Source of the DNA: Vampirovibrio chlorellavorus
Lineage (GTDB): Bacteria > Cyanobacteriota > Vampirovibrionia > Vampirovibrionales > Vampirovibrionaceae
Direction of reading: 5' to 3'
Length of the DNA: 64,000 nt
Assembly (NCBI GenBank): GCA_001858525.1
Contig: LAPX01000004.1
Coordinates: 460,894 to 524,893, forward strand
Positions within the stretch are counted from its first letter, which is position 1. Each line of letters opens with the position of its first letter. The position numbers and the translations under genes were made by a program. Positions 1 to 10,035 of this stretch are shown one piece after another. Under the pieces are notes generated by a model. That model searched no databases, was not told the origin of the DNA, and worked only from the letters and a program-made list of their open reading frames with translations.

Positions 1-1
1 C

Positions 2-1366
2 CTGGCCTATGCCAATATTAAAAACGTACTCAGTCCCACCACCCGCTTTGTGTTCTACGAAGATAATATCGCGCTGTTGGGTGCTTTTTTGGCGTTAAGC
101 GCCATTTCGGTTTCTTATTTTGTGGTGCACTCTGGTCTGGTGGTTCCGGGCACTTTGGCCTTGCCGGAGTTTCTCTCCTGGACACTGGTTCGCTTTGACG
201 CCATGGTCTCCATGTTGATTGGTGGCTTGTTGGCCGGTATGGCCATTTACCTGTTTCGTCATAACCGGGGTATTCTGACCCAAAGTTCGGCCTCTCCCCG
301 GGTGGAGAAAAAGATTACCGATTTGGTCACCAGTATGCACGGCGTTTCGGAAATTCTGGATTTAAAAACCCTGGATCACGGTATGGCGGGCCTGACCGTT
401 CATCTCAAGGTGCAAGTGGATCCCTATATTCAGGTTAAGGACGTGGATGATCTGACCGAGCGCATCAAACACAAGATTCAACGCCGGGTGGTGCAGGCCT
501 CTCAGGTCTTTGTGGAAGTGCTGGCCGATGAATCCGAGATTGAATGGGGCGAAAAGTTCAATGCACTGGTGGAGCAAGGCCGTAAGGAAGGGGTTTTGGA
601 TGCCCGGTCCGAAATCCTGCTGAAAAATGTCTATGACTTCAGTGAGGCCACGGTGAAAGACATCATGATTCCCCGCATTGACGTGGAATACGTGGATGTA
701 GAGACCCCCTTGTCTGAAGTGGCTGATTTGATGATTGAAACCGGCCACTCTCGCCTGCCCGTGTTCAAGGAGAACGTGGATGATTTGGTCGGACTGGTGC
801 ATTCCCGCGATGTGTTTGAGCTTATTCGCAAAGACCAGATGGAAACATCGCTGGCCAGCATTGTGCGGGAGATTGATATTTTTCCGGAAAACAAGGGCAT
901 TAGCGATTTATTGGAAGATTTCAAGCGCAATAAAATCCGGATTGCGGCGGTGGCCGATGAACATGGCGGTTTTGCCGGACTGGTAACTGTTGAGGACGTG
1001 ATTGAGGAAATCATTGGCGAGATTTGGGATGAGCATGAGCCGGAAGACCCCATGATGATCATTCTTAGCCCCAATCGGGTTCAGGTCAACGGAAAATGCG
1101 AGATTGAAGATCTCAACGAGCAACTGGATTTGAACATTCCCTTTGATGATTTTAAGACGGTGGGTGGTTATGTTTTCGGTGAATTGGGCAGAGAGCCAGA
1201 AGAAGGTGATGAAGTCACCTTTGAGGACTTGAAATTCACCGTAAAAGAAGCCGATGGCCCTCGCATTGTCAGCGTGATGATTGAATCCCCTGTTCCGTTT
1301 CAGTTGAAGCGGGAAGTGTCCTCGGAGTCCAGCAAAGGCAACGGCACAGTGAACGTGGCCGATTAG
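2..1366 (+). CDS. Cation diffusion facilitator (C-terminal part) fused to a CBS pair and CorC/HlyC domain; 5' truncated by the window
   Basis: Frame open from position 2. FYEDNIALLG and TM helices, a ZT-dimer-like domain, then VKDIMIPR, GHSRLPV, VADEHGGFAGLVTVEDVIEEIIGEI and KTVGGYVFGELGREP. Confidence 0.85.
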   Translation: MAYANIKNVLSPTTRFVFYEDNIALLGAFLALSAISVSYFVVHSGLVVPGTLALPEFLSWTLVRFDAMVSMLIGGLLAGMAIYLFRHNRGILTQSSASPRVEKKITDLVTSMHGVSEILDLKTLDHGMAGLTVHLKVQVDPYIQVKDVDDLTERIKHKIQRRVVQASQVFVEVLADESEIEWGEKFNALVEQGRKEGVLDARSEILLKNVYDFSEATVKDIMIPRIDVEYVDVETPLSEVADLMIETGHSRLPVFKENVDDLVGLVHSRDVFELIRKDQMETSLASIVREIDIFPENKGISDLLEDFKRNKIRIAAVADEHGGFAGLVTVEDVIEEIIGEIWDEHEPEDPMMIILSPNRVQVNGKCEIEDLNEQLDLNIPFDDFKTVGGYVFGELGREPEEGDEVTFEDLKFTVKEADGPRIVSVMIESPVPFQLKREVSSESSKGNGTVNVAD

Positions 1367-1388
1367 CGGAACCCAGTGATTCTGTGCT

Positions 1389-2309
1389 TTAAGATTCCGC
1401 CGTGCCCACCAGCGCCGCAGCGGCTTTCAGACTTTGCCAATCCTCAGGACTCATAATTGGCTGAGGCTCCCACAACGGTGGCTGCTGACTAACCGCTTGG
1501 TTGACGGCATGCAGTCGTTTGGGTAAGCTCGGGTGGTTTTCTCCGTAGACCTTCCACTCCAGTTGCCGCCACCATTTTGCCTTGCTTTTGTTCCGGGTCA
1601 TATTTTCAAAGGCTGTTAAATAGCCGTCGGTGCCAAAGCCCGCTTTGGAAAGCAGTCGAATGGCATTAATGTCCGCTCTGGCCTCGTCTTTGCGTTCCAT
1701 AAAAGCGGCCCATTGAAAGCTGCCAATCGGGACCACTAGAGAAACTCCCAAGCTTTTCACCAGACTGCGCACCCGGAAGACCCAAAAGGCCAGTTCATCC
1801 GCCAAGACGATAGCGCCTGAGGCAATGCCCTGACGTACTCTTTTGGCTTTGACATCTTCAAACTGCACATGGCTCAACTCATGAGCCATCACAAACGCCA
1901 ATTCCTCCGGGGATTTAGCTTGTTTCAGAGTATCCAGATGAAAGACCACGGTGCCATTGCCATAGGCGGCGGCATTATAAAACGGCTTATTCACCACCAT
2001 GACTTTATTGGGCTTGGGAATGCCATTCCGGCTGGCGATTTGTTGGGCCAATCGGGTGAGCGGTACGGTGGCTTCCGGCATATACAATGGTTTGGAGCGA
2101 CTCAGTATCCACTCATCAATTTTGGATGTGGCTTTGCGATCCGGCTTGGGTACAGCGGGTGCCTGGGGGGAGATGAACTCATCCAGCGTGTTAAGTGGAT
2201 CGGTGACCGGCGGGAGTTTGCGCGTGGCAGGAGAGACAAACTGCGGGTCTATGACGACTGGGATGACTGGTAGGACAGGCAGGTAGGCTCCCATCGAATC
2301 CACTGACAT
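1389..2309 (-). CDS. M48 family zinc metallopeptidase
   Basis: NAAAY, ELAFVMAHELSH (HExxH), EARAD, HPSLPKRL. Confidence 0.85.
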   Translation of the reverse strand: MSVDSMGAYLPVLPVIPVVIDPQFVSPATRKLPPVTDPLNTLDEFISPQAPAVPKPDRKATSKIDEWILSRSKPLYMPEATVPLTRLAQQIASRNGIPKPNKVMVVNKPFYNAAAYGNGTVVFHLDTLKQAKSPEELAFVMAHELSHVQFEDVKAKRVRQGIASGAIVLADELAFWVFRVRSLVKSLGVSLVVPIGSFQWAAFMERKDEARADINAIRLLSKAGFGTDGYLTAFENMTRNKSKAKWWRQLEWKVYGENHPSLPKRLHAVNQAVSQQPPLWEPQPIMSPEDWQSLKAAAALVGTAES

Positions 2310-2423
2310 GCAGAACTCCCCGTAACTTTTTTAACCCATATCTTTCTTTAAAGACTCGCTCCACTATACGGCACAGGCATTTGAAAATCCAGCGGATCGA
2401 ATGGACTATTTTTAGAAGGCTTT

Positions 2424-2825
2424 TTAGTGATCCACCGTGCTTAAAAAGTTGGCATCCCGAATCAGTACCCACTGCCCGGCCGCTGTTTTCCTGAAAACGG
2501 ATAAAACCGGCCCTTTGCGCTCTATGGCTTGTGCGCTGCCCTTGGGCGTAATGGCCAGATGCAGATAGCTTTGGCAGTAAAGCAGATTGCCCGATTCCTC
2601 CAATGCGTTAATGTGCCAATCGACGATGCTCAATTGGACACTTTGACGGATGGCACTGAAACTTTGGAGAAAATCGTCCCGGGTGATGGGTGGATGGTCG
2701 GCCACCAGAAAGATGGCATCTTCGGCCATCAGCGATTGAATGATGTCTAAATCCCCTTGGCCAGAGGCGTGATGCCAGGTTTGCATCAGGGAGTAAATGG
2801 GGTGATTTTCAAACGGCTTGGCCAC
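2424..2825 (-). CDS. NTF2-like SgcJ/EcaC (DUF4440) protein
   Basis: GDLDIIQSLMAEDAIF; C-terminal LSVFRKTAAGQWVLIRDAN. Confidence 0.75.
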   Translation of the reverse strand: MAKPFENHPIYSLMQTWHHASGQGDLDIIQSLMAEDAIFLVADHPPITRDDFLQSFSAIRQSVQLSIVDWHINALEESGNLLYCQSYLHLAITPKGSAQAIERKGPVLSVFRKTAAGQWVLIRDANFLSTVDH

Positions 2826-3489
2826 GGCTGTTTTCCTGATTGGGTAGACTGGCTAAGGGTTTAAGGAGGGCTTCCAGTGCTTGCCTGACTTTGGGGTGCA
2901 AGGCCTCAGGGCTTTCCAGGGCATTAAACACCCGAATGCGCTGGGGCTCTTGTTCGGCCAGGTCTAAAAAGCCCGCCCGCACCTTGTTATGAAACTCTGC
3001 CTTTTCCCCTTCCATGCGATCCGCCTGCCCCCGATGGTTTACCCGCTGGGCCAATACCGCTGGTTCAGCGTCGAACAGAAAGGTTAAATCCGGCTGTTTG
3101 CCCTGAATGGCAATGTGGTTGAGGTCCCGAATGGTGTCAATGGATAAGCCGCGTCCGTACCCCTGATAGGCCAGCGTGGAGTCCATATGCCGATCGCAGA
3201 GGACAATGGTGCCTTGGGCCAGCGCCGGAAAGACCACTTCATCCATGTGCTGGGCCCGGTCAGCGATAAATAGCAACAGCTCGCTCAGCGGAAACACTGG
3301 GCCTTTGGAGTGTAGCAGAATCTGGCGCAGTTCCTGCCCGAAGGCGGTTCCTCCCGGATTTCGGGTGGTCAGCACTTTGTAGCCTTGGGCACTTAGGGCC
3401 TCAGCGCATAACGCCAGCTGGGTGGATTTCCCGGAGCCATCCAGCCCTTCAAAGGTAATGAATAGACCCTGCTTTAATAGTGTGCCCAT
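2809..3489 (-). CDS. tmk: Thymidylate kinase
   Basis: FITFEGLDGSGKSTQ, LCDR, STLAYQGYGRG. Confidence 0.97.
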   Translation of the reverse strand: MGTLLKQGLFITFEGLDGSGKSTQLALCAEALSAQGYKVLTTRNPGGTAFGQELRQILLHSKGPVFPLSELLLFIADRAQHMDEVVFPALAQGTIVLCDRHMDSTLAYQGYGRGLSIDTIRDLNHIAIQGKQPDLTFLFDAEPAVLAQRVNHRGQADRMEGEKAEFHNKVRAGFLDLAEQEPQRIRVFNALESPEALHPKVRQALEALLKPLASLPNQENSRGQAV

Positions 3490-3563
3490 GTGTGCTCCAT
3501 TCGCCCGACTGTATCACTCGCTTAGCCTTCCATTATAAACAAATGGCTCATCAGCGACGGTGA

Positions 3564-5276
3564 TTAATCCCGGCTTTTGGGTGGTAGCACTTTTAAGCGG
3601 CGGTTGGGTTCATCGCCAATACTGACGCTGGTGAGATGGTGTTTTTCCACCAGTTCGTGCTGCATGCGGCGAATGTAAGAACGACGGGGAGCCAGTTCCA
3701 CGGCCAATTTTTCCGATAAAGCAGTATCAATGGCTTCCTGGGCTTCCCGCAAGGCCATTTCCACCTCATCTTCAAAAGGCGTTTGCGCAATTTGCCCAGC
3801 GAATGCACCCGCTTCGGCGTCCAAGGCTTCCCGTAAGGCCCGCTGAATTTGGGGCATGGTGTTGGTTTTGGCGTAGAACACCGGGACTTCATAATCCTGG
3901 GCCAGTTTCAGAATTTTAGATCCGGGCCGGGCATTGGCCTTGATGGCAATCACGGCGTTGGCATCGTACACATTTTTGGTAATGCGCACGTGGTGCAGAT
4001 TCAGCCGCTCTAAAATACGATCCAGATAAGACTTACTGATGCCATACACAAACACCCGATACTCTTCCTGGCCCACGGGTAAGGCGGCTAAGTCACGGGG
4101 GTGTTCGTTGAACTCGCCCGGATTAAAGGTGCCGGGTTCGGGTTCCATGATATGGCCGGGCATCACTTCAAAGTTGGTTTTAAGCACTTTGGTGGCCCCG
4201 GTTTCACTATCAATTTTGCGAATTTCCGGAAACAGGGTCCAGCCTCGCAACAGGTGATCCACGGCTTCGGCCACATCCGGGTAAACGGCCAGGGTGTAGC
4301 GATCCCGGATTTCGATGCAGATATCGAAGGTGGGTTTTTTGGCCCGTTCCTGAATGGTTTTCTGAGATGCCCGACGTTTGGCCTCTTCATCGCCCAGAGT
4401 CACAGTTTGGATGCCCCCGGCCAAGTCGGACAGCATGGGGTTTTTGACCAGATTTTCCAGGGTATGTCCGTGGGCGGTGGCCACCAGAATGACGCCTCGT
4501 TCGGCGATGGTGCGGGCGGCCATGGCCTCATCCTCGGTGCCGATTTCATCCACGATGATCACTTCCGGGGTGTGGTTTTGCACCGCCTCGATCATGGTTT
4601 CTTTCTGGCGATCCCGATCTGGCACTTGCATGCGGCGGGCCCGACCTACGGCAGGGTGCGGAATGTCGCCATCCCCCGCGATCTCGTTGGAAGTATCAAC
4701 AATGACCACGCGTTTTTGGCCTTCTCCGGCCAGCAACATGGCGATTTCCCGGAGGCGAGAGGTTTTACCCACGCCGGGGCGACCCAGCAGCAAGACACTT
4801 TTGCCGCTTTGGATAATGTCTTTAATGGGGTCCACAGTACCCGTGACCAGTTTGCCCACCCGGCAGGTCAGGCCCACAATATCCCCTTGCCGGTTGCGCA
4901 TGGCGCTAATGCGGTGCAGGGTGCGGGGGATGCCAGCCCGGTTATCGCTGGTAAAGTAACCCATGTGCTTGACCACGTGATGAATTTCATCCAGGGTCAC
5001 TTGCTGCTCGCCCAATTCCAGCAGTTTTCCTTCGGAAAAGCGGGCTTCCGGCAGGCGGCCTAAATCCATGACGATTTCAATTAAATCTTCGATATCGACC
5101 ACTTGAAGCGCGTGTCTGATGCGCTCTGGGAGAATCTCAATAAGCAGTTGCAGATCAGTAGCGATGGCGTTTCCCTCAAAAATCACAGGATGAGATGGCG
5201 ATACCACACAATGTTGAGGCTGATTCAAAGGCTGCAGAAAATTTCTGCTCGCTTGGGCAGGCTTTTTCAGTGTCAC
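3564..5276 (-). CDS. Ycf45/SpoIIIAA-like AAA ATPase with C-terminal R3H domain
   Basis: GRPGVGKT, VDTSNEIAGDGDIPH, VDEIG, RRMQHELVE. Confidence 0.9.
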   Translation of the reverse strand: MTLKKPAQASRNFLQPLNQPQHCVVSPSHPVIFEGNAIATDLQLLIEILPERIRHALQVVDIEDLIEIVMDLGRLPEARFSEGKLLELGEQQVTLDEIHHVVKHMGYFTSDNRAGIPRTLHRISAMRNRQGDIVGLTCRVGKLVTGTVDPIKDIIQSGKSVLLLGRPGVGKTSRLREIAMLLAGEGQKRVVIVDTSNEIAGDGDIPHPAVGRARRMQVPDRDRQKETMIEAVQNHTPEVIIVDEIGTEDEAMAARTIAERGVILVATAHGHTLENLVKNPMLSDLAGGIQTVTLGDEEAKRRASQKTIQERAKKPTFDICIEIRDRYTLAVYPDVAEAVDHLLRGWTLFPEIRKIDSETGATKVLKTNFEVMPGHIMEPEPGTFNPGEFNEHPRDLAALPVGQEEYRVFVYGISKSYLDRILERLNLHHVRITKNVYDANAVIAIKANARPGSKILKLAQDYEVPVFYAKTNTMPQIQRALREALDAEAGAFAGQIAQTPFEDEVEMALREAQEAIDTALSEKLAVELAPRRSYIRRMQHELVEKHHLTSVSIGDEPNRRLKVLPPKSRD

Positions 5277-5366
5277 TTTCCTCTTGGATTTTTCCCTCTT
5301 GCCCTCATTATATATTAGGTTGGGCAGACTGTCCTGAAAATTTGACGCTGATGCCTATTTCTTATT

Positions 5367-6416
5367 TTACCCGGTTGTGCAGTTGGTGGCTATGCACGCT
5401 TCCAACGCGTGCCATCGACCGTGTTGAAAGGCCTGTGTAATGCTGTGGGCTTTGAGTGCCGCTTGCTCTGGTGAAAGGTTCCACACCGCTTGTCGAGCCA
5501 TCGTGCCCATGCCCACCCCGGCGATGAATTGAGCCTCGGGCGCTTGCAACAGGGTGGCGGTATGCTGATTAATACCGCCGGAAATGGTAATGATGGGCGG
5601 GGTGAGTCCGGCTTGCTCAAAGGCGAGGCGGGTTTGCAGGGCGGATTGTAAGGCGGGCCGTGAGGCCTCCGGGTGATCGTTGCCCGACATGGGGGCGCCA
5701 TCAATTTGCAGGAAGATGGGCAATGGGTGGGTTTGCTGGGCGGTTTGCACAAAGCGAATCATCTGCTCAGCGGGGACCGTTTCCGGCCGAAAGCACAGGG
5801 CGATAAGCTTGTTTTTCAGCAGAGGCTGCCAGCGAATAAGGAAGGCTTCCAGCATATAGGGATCCACATAATGGCTGTGAATCTCTACCGCCTCGGTGGC
5901 CGGATGACTGAGGGCCGCTTCAATCTGGCTTTCCACCTGAAATGGTAGCAAGTGAAGGGCATCGGTGGGGCAGGTGGGTACACAGCGCCCGCAGCCGTAG
6001 CAAAGGTCTTGGGAGATATCCAACGCATCCGGCAGGGTGATGGCTTGGGTGGGGCAGGCGGGCAAGCACAGCCCGCACTGAATGCAATCGGGTTTGCTCA
6101 GTTCAATCTTTCGGAAATGCGGGTCTGGATCGAGAGGCACGCTGACCATGAGCACGGCTGATCTGGACTGGCTGTTTTCAATTTCCTGTTGCACCAGGCC
6201 AATCAGGGTTGCATCAGGGGCGATATCAATACAATCCGCGCTGGCTGATAAATAAGCCCGGCTGACGGCAGCGGTTTTATCGGCCTGAGTGAAGCTGCCC
6301 CCGCCAATGAGCTTGAAAAAGCGCCGTTGCAAAAGGGCCTCCCACATGCGGGCCTGTGCGGCGCTGAAGGGGAAGGGTGGGGCGGGTTTGGGCAGTGGGG
6401 TGAGGGGAAGGCTCAT
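5367..6416 (-). CDS. ldpA: LdpA-family 2x[4Fe-4S] protein
   Basis: FKLIGGGS, ADCID, DPHFRK, CIQCGLCLPACP, CYGCGRCVPTCP, AVEIH, QIDGAPMSG, SGGIN. Start placed at MSLPLTP. Confidence 0.85.
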   Translation of the reverse strand: MSLPLTPLPKPAPPFPFSAAQARMWEALLQRRFFKLIGGGSFTQADKTAAVSRAYLSASADCIDIAPDATLIGLVQQEIENSQSRSAVLMVSVPLDPDPHFRKIELSKPDCIQCGLCLPACPTQAITLPDALDISQDLCYGCGRCVPTCPTDALHLLPFQVESQIEAALSHPATEAVEIHSHYVDPYMLEAFLIRWQPLLKNKLIALCFRPETVPAEQMIRFVQTAQQTHPLPIFLQIDGAPMSGNDHPEASRPALQSALQTRLAFEQAGLTPPIITISGGINQHTATLLQAPEAQFIAGVGMGTMARQAVWNLSPEQAALKAHSITQAFQHGRWHALEACIATNCTTG

Positions 6417-6528
6417 AGCCCTTACACCATAGCCAAAGGATGGGCGGGGTTCAACATGCTGCCCCATTGCTTTTGCGGATTGCTTGTTTGCTGAGTTGGG
6501 TTTGGGGTATAAAATAGTTTCATTCCAT

Positions 6529-6604
<76 letters not shown>

Positions 6605-6718
6605 GATTTTACATAGGTTTCGGCTGTTATGCCGGAACCTCGTTTTTTATCTGGTGCAAAATGTTGCGTTGTAGGCCGTATTAATCCAAAGAAGAGTAAG
6701 CTAAAAAGCGGGGAACAG

Positions 6719-7729
6719 ATGACAGAAAGCCCAACATACTGCCCAATATCCGGTGATCAAACGCAGAAAGAACTTACAAATGGGGATTATAGGGATATAG
6801 ACTGCCCTACGTGCGGAAGCTATAGGATTTCCAGGACTCTGGCTTCCACAATGTTCAGCGATCCAAAAGTCAATACAAAAGAAAAGAAGGCCGTGCTTAG
6901 CCATTACATTAGGCAGAAGAATGAGGCGGGTGAACAACCCTTTTTTCATGGAAACTTAATTGATCGGCTATTAAAAGAATTATCTCTTCCGGGACCGGCA
7001 GAACAAGCAGATAATTTAATTTTTTATTTAGGCCGAAAAACAGCTGTTGGGAATATTTCATCGTTTTCTCTTTCTAACTTAACAGCTGTAATAGGGGCAT
7101 TGGATGGTTCAAATACTGCTTTCATATGCCAATATGCATTTAACCAAGAATATATAATGCATGACAAAAAAGAATTACTAATTGTAGAAAATAGCAATGT
7201 CTCACTTGGATTAACAATGAAAGGGTGGGAGCGCTTCTATGAGCTTGAAAAGGGTGTGATTGACCGACGCTTGGCTTTCATGGCTATGCCCTTTGGGGAC
7301 GCTCGCCTGGATGAAATCTACTTAAATTGGTTTAAACCTGCTTGTCAGGCGGTTGGCTTTGAACTGCGGAGAGTGGATGAAAGACCAGAAGCGGGTATCA
7401 TTAATAACAAAATGATGGTTGATATTCGCAAGTCTCGCTTTGTTATTGCGGAACTGACTAAGGAAAACAGAGGCGTTTACTGGGAGGCAGGCTTTGCGGA
7501 AGGTTTGAACAGACCCGTTATCTATACTTGTGATGAGCAATATAAAGACAAGAACCCTCTTCATTTCGATATCCGACAACACCATACTGTTTTTTGGACA
7601 GATCACAATCTAAAAGATGCTGCAAAAAATCTGGTTATTACCATACAGGCAACAGTTCCCGAAGCTAAATTGATAGATGTGGAAGAAATCCAATGGCCAT
7701 CAGAAATAAACGCTACACAGGCAACCTAA
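6719..7729 (+). CDS. Zn-ribbon plus nucleoside 2-deoxyribosyltransferase/TIR-like domain protein (AT-rich)
   Basis: N-terminal CPIS...CPTCG; C-terminal AFMAMPF, FVIAELT, NRGVYWEAGFAEG, HFDIRQ. Confidence 0.75.
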   Translation: MTESPTYCPISGDQTQKELTNGDYRDIDCPTCGSYRISRTLASTMFSDPKVNTKEKKAVLSHYIRQKNEAGEQPFFHGNLIDRLLKELSLPGPAEQADNLIFYLGRKTAVGNISSFSLSNLTAVIGALDGSNTAFICQYAFNQEYIMHDKKELLIVENSNVSLGLTMKGWERFYELEKGVIDRRLAFMAMPFGDARLDEIYLNWFKPACQAVGFELRRVDERPEAGIINNKMMVDIRKSRFVIAELTKENRGVYWEAGFAEGLNRPVIYTCDEQYKDKNPLHFDIRQHHTVFWTDHNLKDAAKNLVITIQATVPEAKLIDVEEIQWPSEINATQAT

Positions 7730-7736
7730 CAGAATA

Positions 7737-7760
7737 GCTCTCCCCGTTATTGGGGAGAGC
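7737..7760. terminator. GC-rich hairpin between convergent genes
   Basis: GCTCTCCCC-gttatt-GGGGAGAGC; the U-tract is weak. Confidence 0.55.
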
Positions 7761-7789
7761 AAAAAAACTGTGTTATATGAAAAACTGAT

Positions 7790-8299
7790 TTAAACCGCCA
7801 ATAGCCAGGGTTGAGGATCGGCGGGTTTAAAGCCATCGGCCTCATAACCAGCGGCGGTCAGCTCGCCCTTGAATTGCTCCGGCTGGTTGGCGGCGTCAAT
7901 CATAATGCTTGCAATCAAATTCACCGCCTCCGTCCAGCTGGTTTCCATCTCGTCCGTCCAGCTGCCCTCTGTGGATAAATGCTCCTTCAGCACGGCAATC
8001 AGATTTTCTCCCACTGCCGGATAATGGGCCGCTTCGGTGCCATATTTCAAGTGACGAATGCCCATGGCATGCAGATAAGGCACTAATTTTTCGGTATTGC
8101 TCACTCCGGCCACAATCGCCCCCAAAGAGGCCATTAGCTTTTTGTGCTGCGCCTCTGGTGGGGTGTTGAACAAAGGGCGTACGGCCGGGTATTTTTCAAA
8201 CAAGCGCTGGTAAAACCGCATGCCCAGCGCCTGTGCGCCGCCATTTTCCTGTTGGGCACGTTGAAAGGTTTCAGCAAGAAGGGCCGTGTTTAAGCTCAT
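7790..8299 (-). CDS. Single-domain globin
   Basis: FYQRLFEKYPAVRPLF, MGIRHLKYG, HYPAVGENL; SD AAAGGAG before MSLN. Confidence 0.9.
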   Translation of the reverse strand: MSLNTALLAETFQRAQQENGGAQALGMRFYQRLFEKYPAVRPLFNTPPEAQHKKLMASLGAIVAGVSNTEKLVPYLHAMGIRHLKYGTEAAHYPAVGENLIAVLKEHLSTEGSWTDEMETSWTEAVNLIASIMIDAANQPEQFKGELTAAGYEADGFKPADPQPWLLAV

Positions 8300-8458
8300 G
8301 GGATTATCTCCTTTAAAATACGACGATCGAGGGAGTTTCACGCTTTGAGAGGGGAAATTGGTAGGACACGCTTTCTTTATCCATCTTTTTAGCATACCTT
8401 TTTTAGACCGTGAGGGAATCGTGTATTTTCAGCATAAATGGCGCAGCTCTGCCGCGCC

Positions 8459-8472
8459 TTGACTCAGGTCAA
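8459..8472. promoter_or_regulatory. FNR/DNR-type box
   Basis: TTGAC-TCAG-GTCAA palindrome between the divergent globin and Crp/Fnr genes. Confidence 0.7.
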
Positions 8473-8525
8473 TTCTCCTCAAATCCCTGTGTTAGCATAC
8501 AAAGGTCAACCTGGGAAAATCATCC

Positions 8526-9206
8526 ATGTCCGCTACCCTACTTCTGGAAAACTTGCAGCAGTGCTTTTTCTTTGATGCGCTGGATGTAGAAGATCTTCAG
8601 GCCGTGACGGCCATGGCCGGACTGCGGCAGTATTCGGCGGGGCAATGGGTATTTTCGGAAGGGGAGCCGGTGGAGGCTTTCTTTCTATTGGTTTCCGGGT
8701 TGGTGCAGGCTTATAAAATGGGTCCGGATGGCAAGGAGGTGGTCCTGCATCTGGTTCAGCCCGGAGAGGTCTTTGCCGAATATCCGGTCTTTGGCCGGCT
8801 GGCCCACTATCCGGCCTCGGCCTTGTGTCTGGAGCCGGTTACGATCATTGCCATTCCGGCCGCCTCGTTTAAAGCCCTGGTTGCGGATAAACCAGAAATT
8901 TTACTGGCCATGCTGGCTCGCTTTTCCAAGCGCATTCAGGAATTTGGCGCCATGATTGAAGATTTGTCCCTGCGCAGCGTGGATGCCCGCTTGGCCAAGT
9001 ATCTGTTGGCCACCAGTGAGCATGCTCAGACCCAATCCATCGTTCTCATTCAAAAAAAGACGCTGGCCGCTATTTTGGGCACCGTGCCTGAAACCCTGTC
9101 CAGGGCCTTTAAGCGACTTAAACAGCAAGGTCTCATTCGCATGGAAGGGACAAGCTTGCATATTCAGGACAGGGCTCTTCTTCAGCATTTGGCGAATCAG
9201 GACTGA
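8526..9206 (+). CDS. Crp/Fnr family regulator (DNR/NnrR/HcpR-like)
   Basis: cNMP-type domain (PGEVFAE) and HTH LGTVPETLSR; lacks the N-terminal Cys cluster of true FNR. Confidence 0.92.
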   Translation: MSATLLLENLQQCFFFDALDVEDLQAVTAMAGLRQYSAGQWVFSEGEPVEAFFLLVSGLVQAYKMGPDGKEVVLHLVQPGEVFAEYPVFGRLAHYPASALCLEPVTIIAIPAASFKALVADKPEILLAMLARFSKRIQEFGAMIEDLSLRSVDARLAKYLLATSEHAQTQSIVLIQKKTLAAILGTVPETLSRAFKRLKQQGLIRMEGTSLHIQDRALLQHLANQD

Positions 9207-9350
9207 GGCGTTTTCTCAAGGGTTCTGCAGGGGAGATGCAGCGGGTGGGGAGATTTTTCGGTCTTTCGTAAAATCGAGAAGCAAGCCGGGTTGGTTTAAC
9301 TCTGGTGGTTTGGGGGTATTACCTGGGTATCAGCCTAAGAAGTGCCCACA

Positions 9351-9941
9351 ATGAGCCAAGTTGAACAGCCATCGGATAAAAAGCCGTTCCCCCTGAATGT
9401 GATTCACAGTGGGGAAGGATGGAGCATTGCCATCTTGTCGGAGAATGGGGAGAACCGACAACTACTGAAACCGGGCTGGAAAGGGGAGAAAACGGCATCC
9501 TATCAGTTCCCAACCGAACAGGCCGCCTGGAATTTTCTGAAGCAAATGTTTAATTTCTGCCTGCAACAGTCTCGCATGCAGCATACCGCCTCAGAAAAAA
9601 TTAAGAACTGCAGCCAGTGTGGGGCTGTGTTTAAAGCCACCGTGTTTGATCATTGTCATCACTGCTTGCAGGAAAATGAATTTGTCTTGCAACAGATTTG
9701 GCAAGGCTTTTACTATCTGGCGGGCTCTGAAAAAGGGGCCCTGCAGAAAGCGGCCTTCCTGCTCAAAATTCCCTATGAAGAGTTTGCCCATGTGCCGGAT
9801 GCCTTTCAGGCCATGGTGCAACGACATCTGGAATTGAACCTGGCTCTGGAAAAAGCCCGTGAAGAACGGCTTCAGCAGCAAAAAGTGGAGATTCCTGGCA
9901 GCGAACAGGCCAGAGGGTTGCGAAGCCAAACGTTTCGATAA
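9351..9941 (+). CDS. Hypothetical protein with a YvyF-like zinc finger
   Basis: IKNCSQCGAVF...HCHHC. Confidence 0.55.
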   Translation: MSQVEQPSDKKPFPLNVIHSGEGWSIAILSENGENRQLLKPGWKGEKTASYQFPTEQAAWNFLKQMFNFCLQQSRMQHTASEKIKNCSQCGAVFKATVFDHCHHCLQENEFVLQQIWQGFYYLAGSEKGALQKAAFLLKIPYEEFAHVPDAFQAMVQRHLELNLALEKAREERLQQQKVEIPGSEQARGLRSQTFR

Positions 9942-10035
9942 GCCGGTAAGCTTGCCTCCATCATTTATGGGTTACGGTCAGGCTCGCCAGGCGCTAGGAT
10001 GAACCTAGCAGCATCATTGATGGAAGGATGGTTCC

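Noticed and set aside
4101-5063. Long antisense ORFs (this 320-aa one, 10117-10755, 44864-45532, 52908-53819 and others)
   Set aside because: Shadow frames opposite well-supported genes, with no recognisable motifs.
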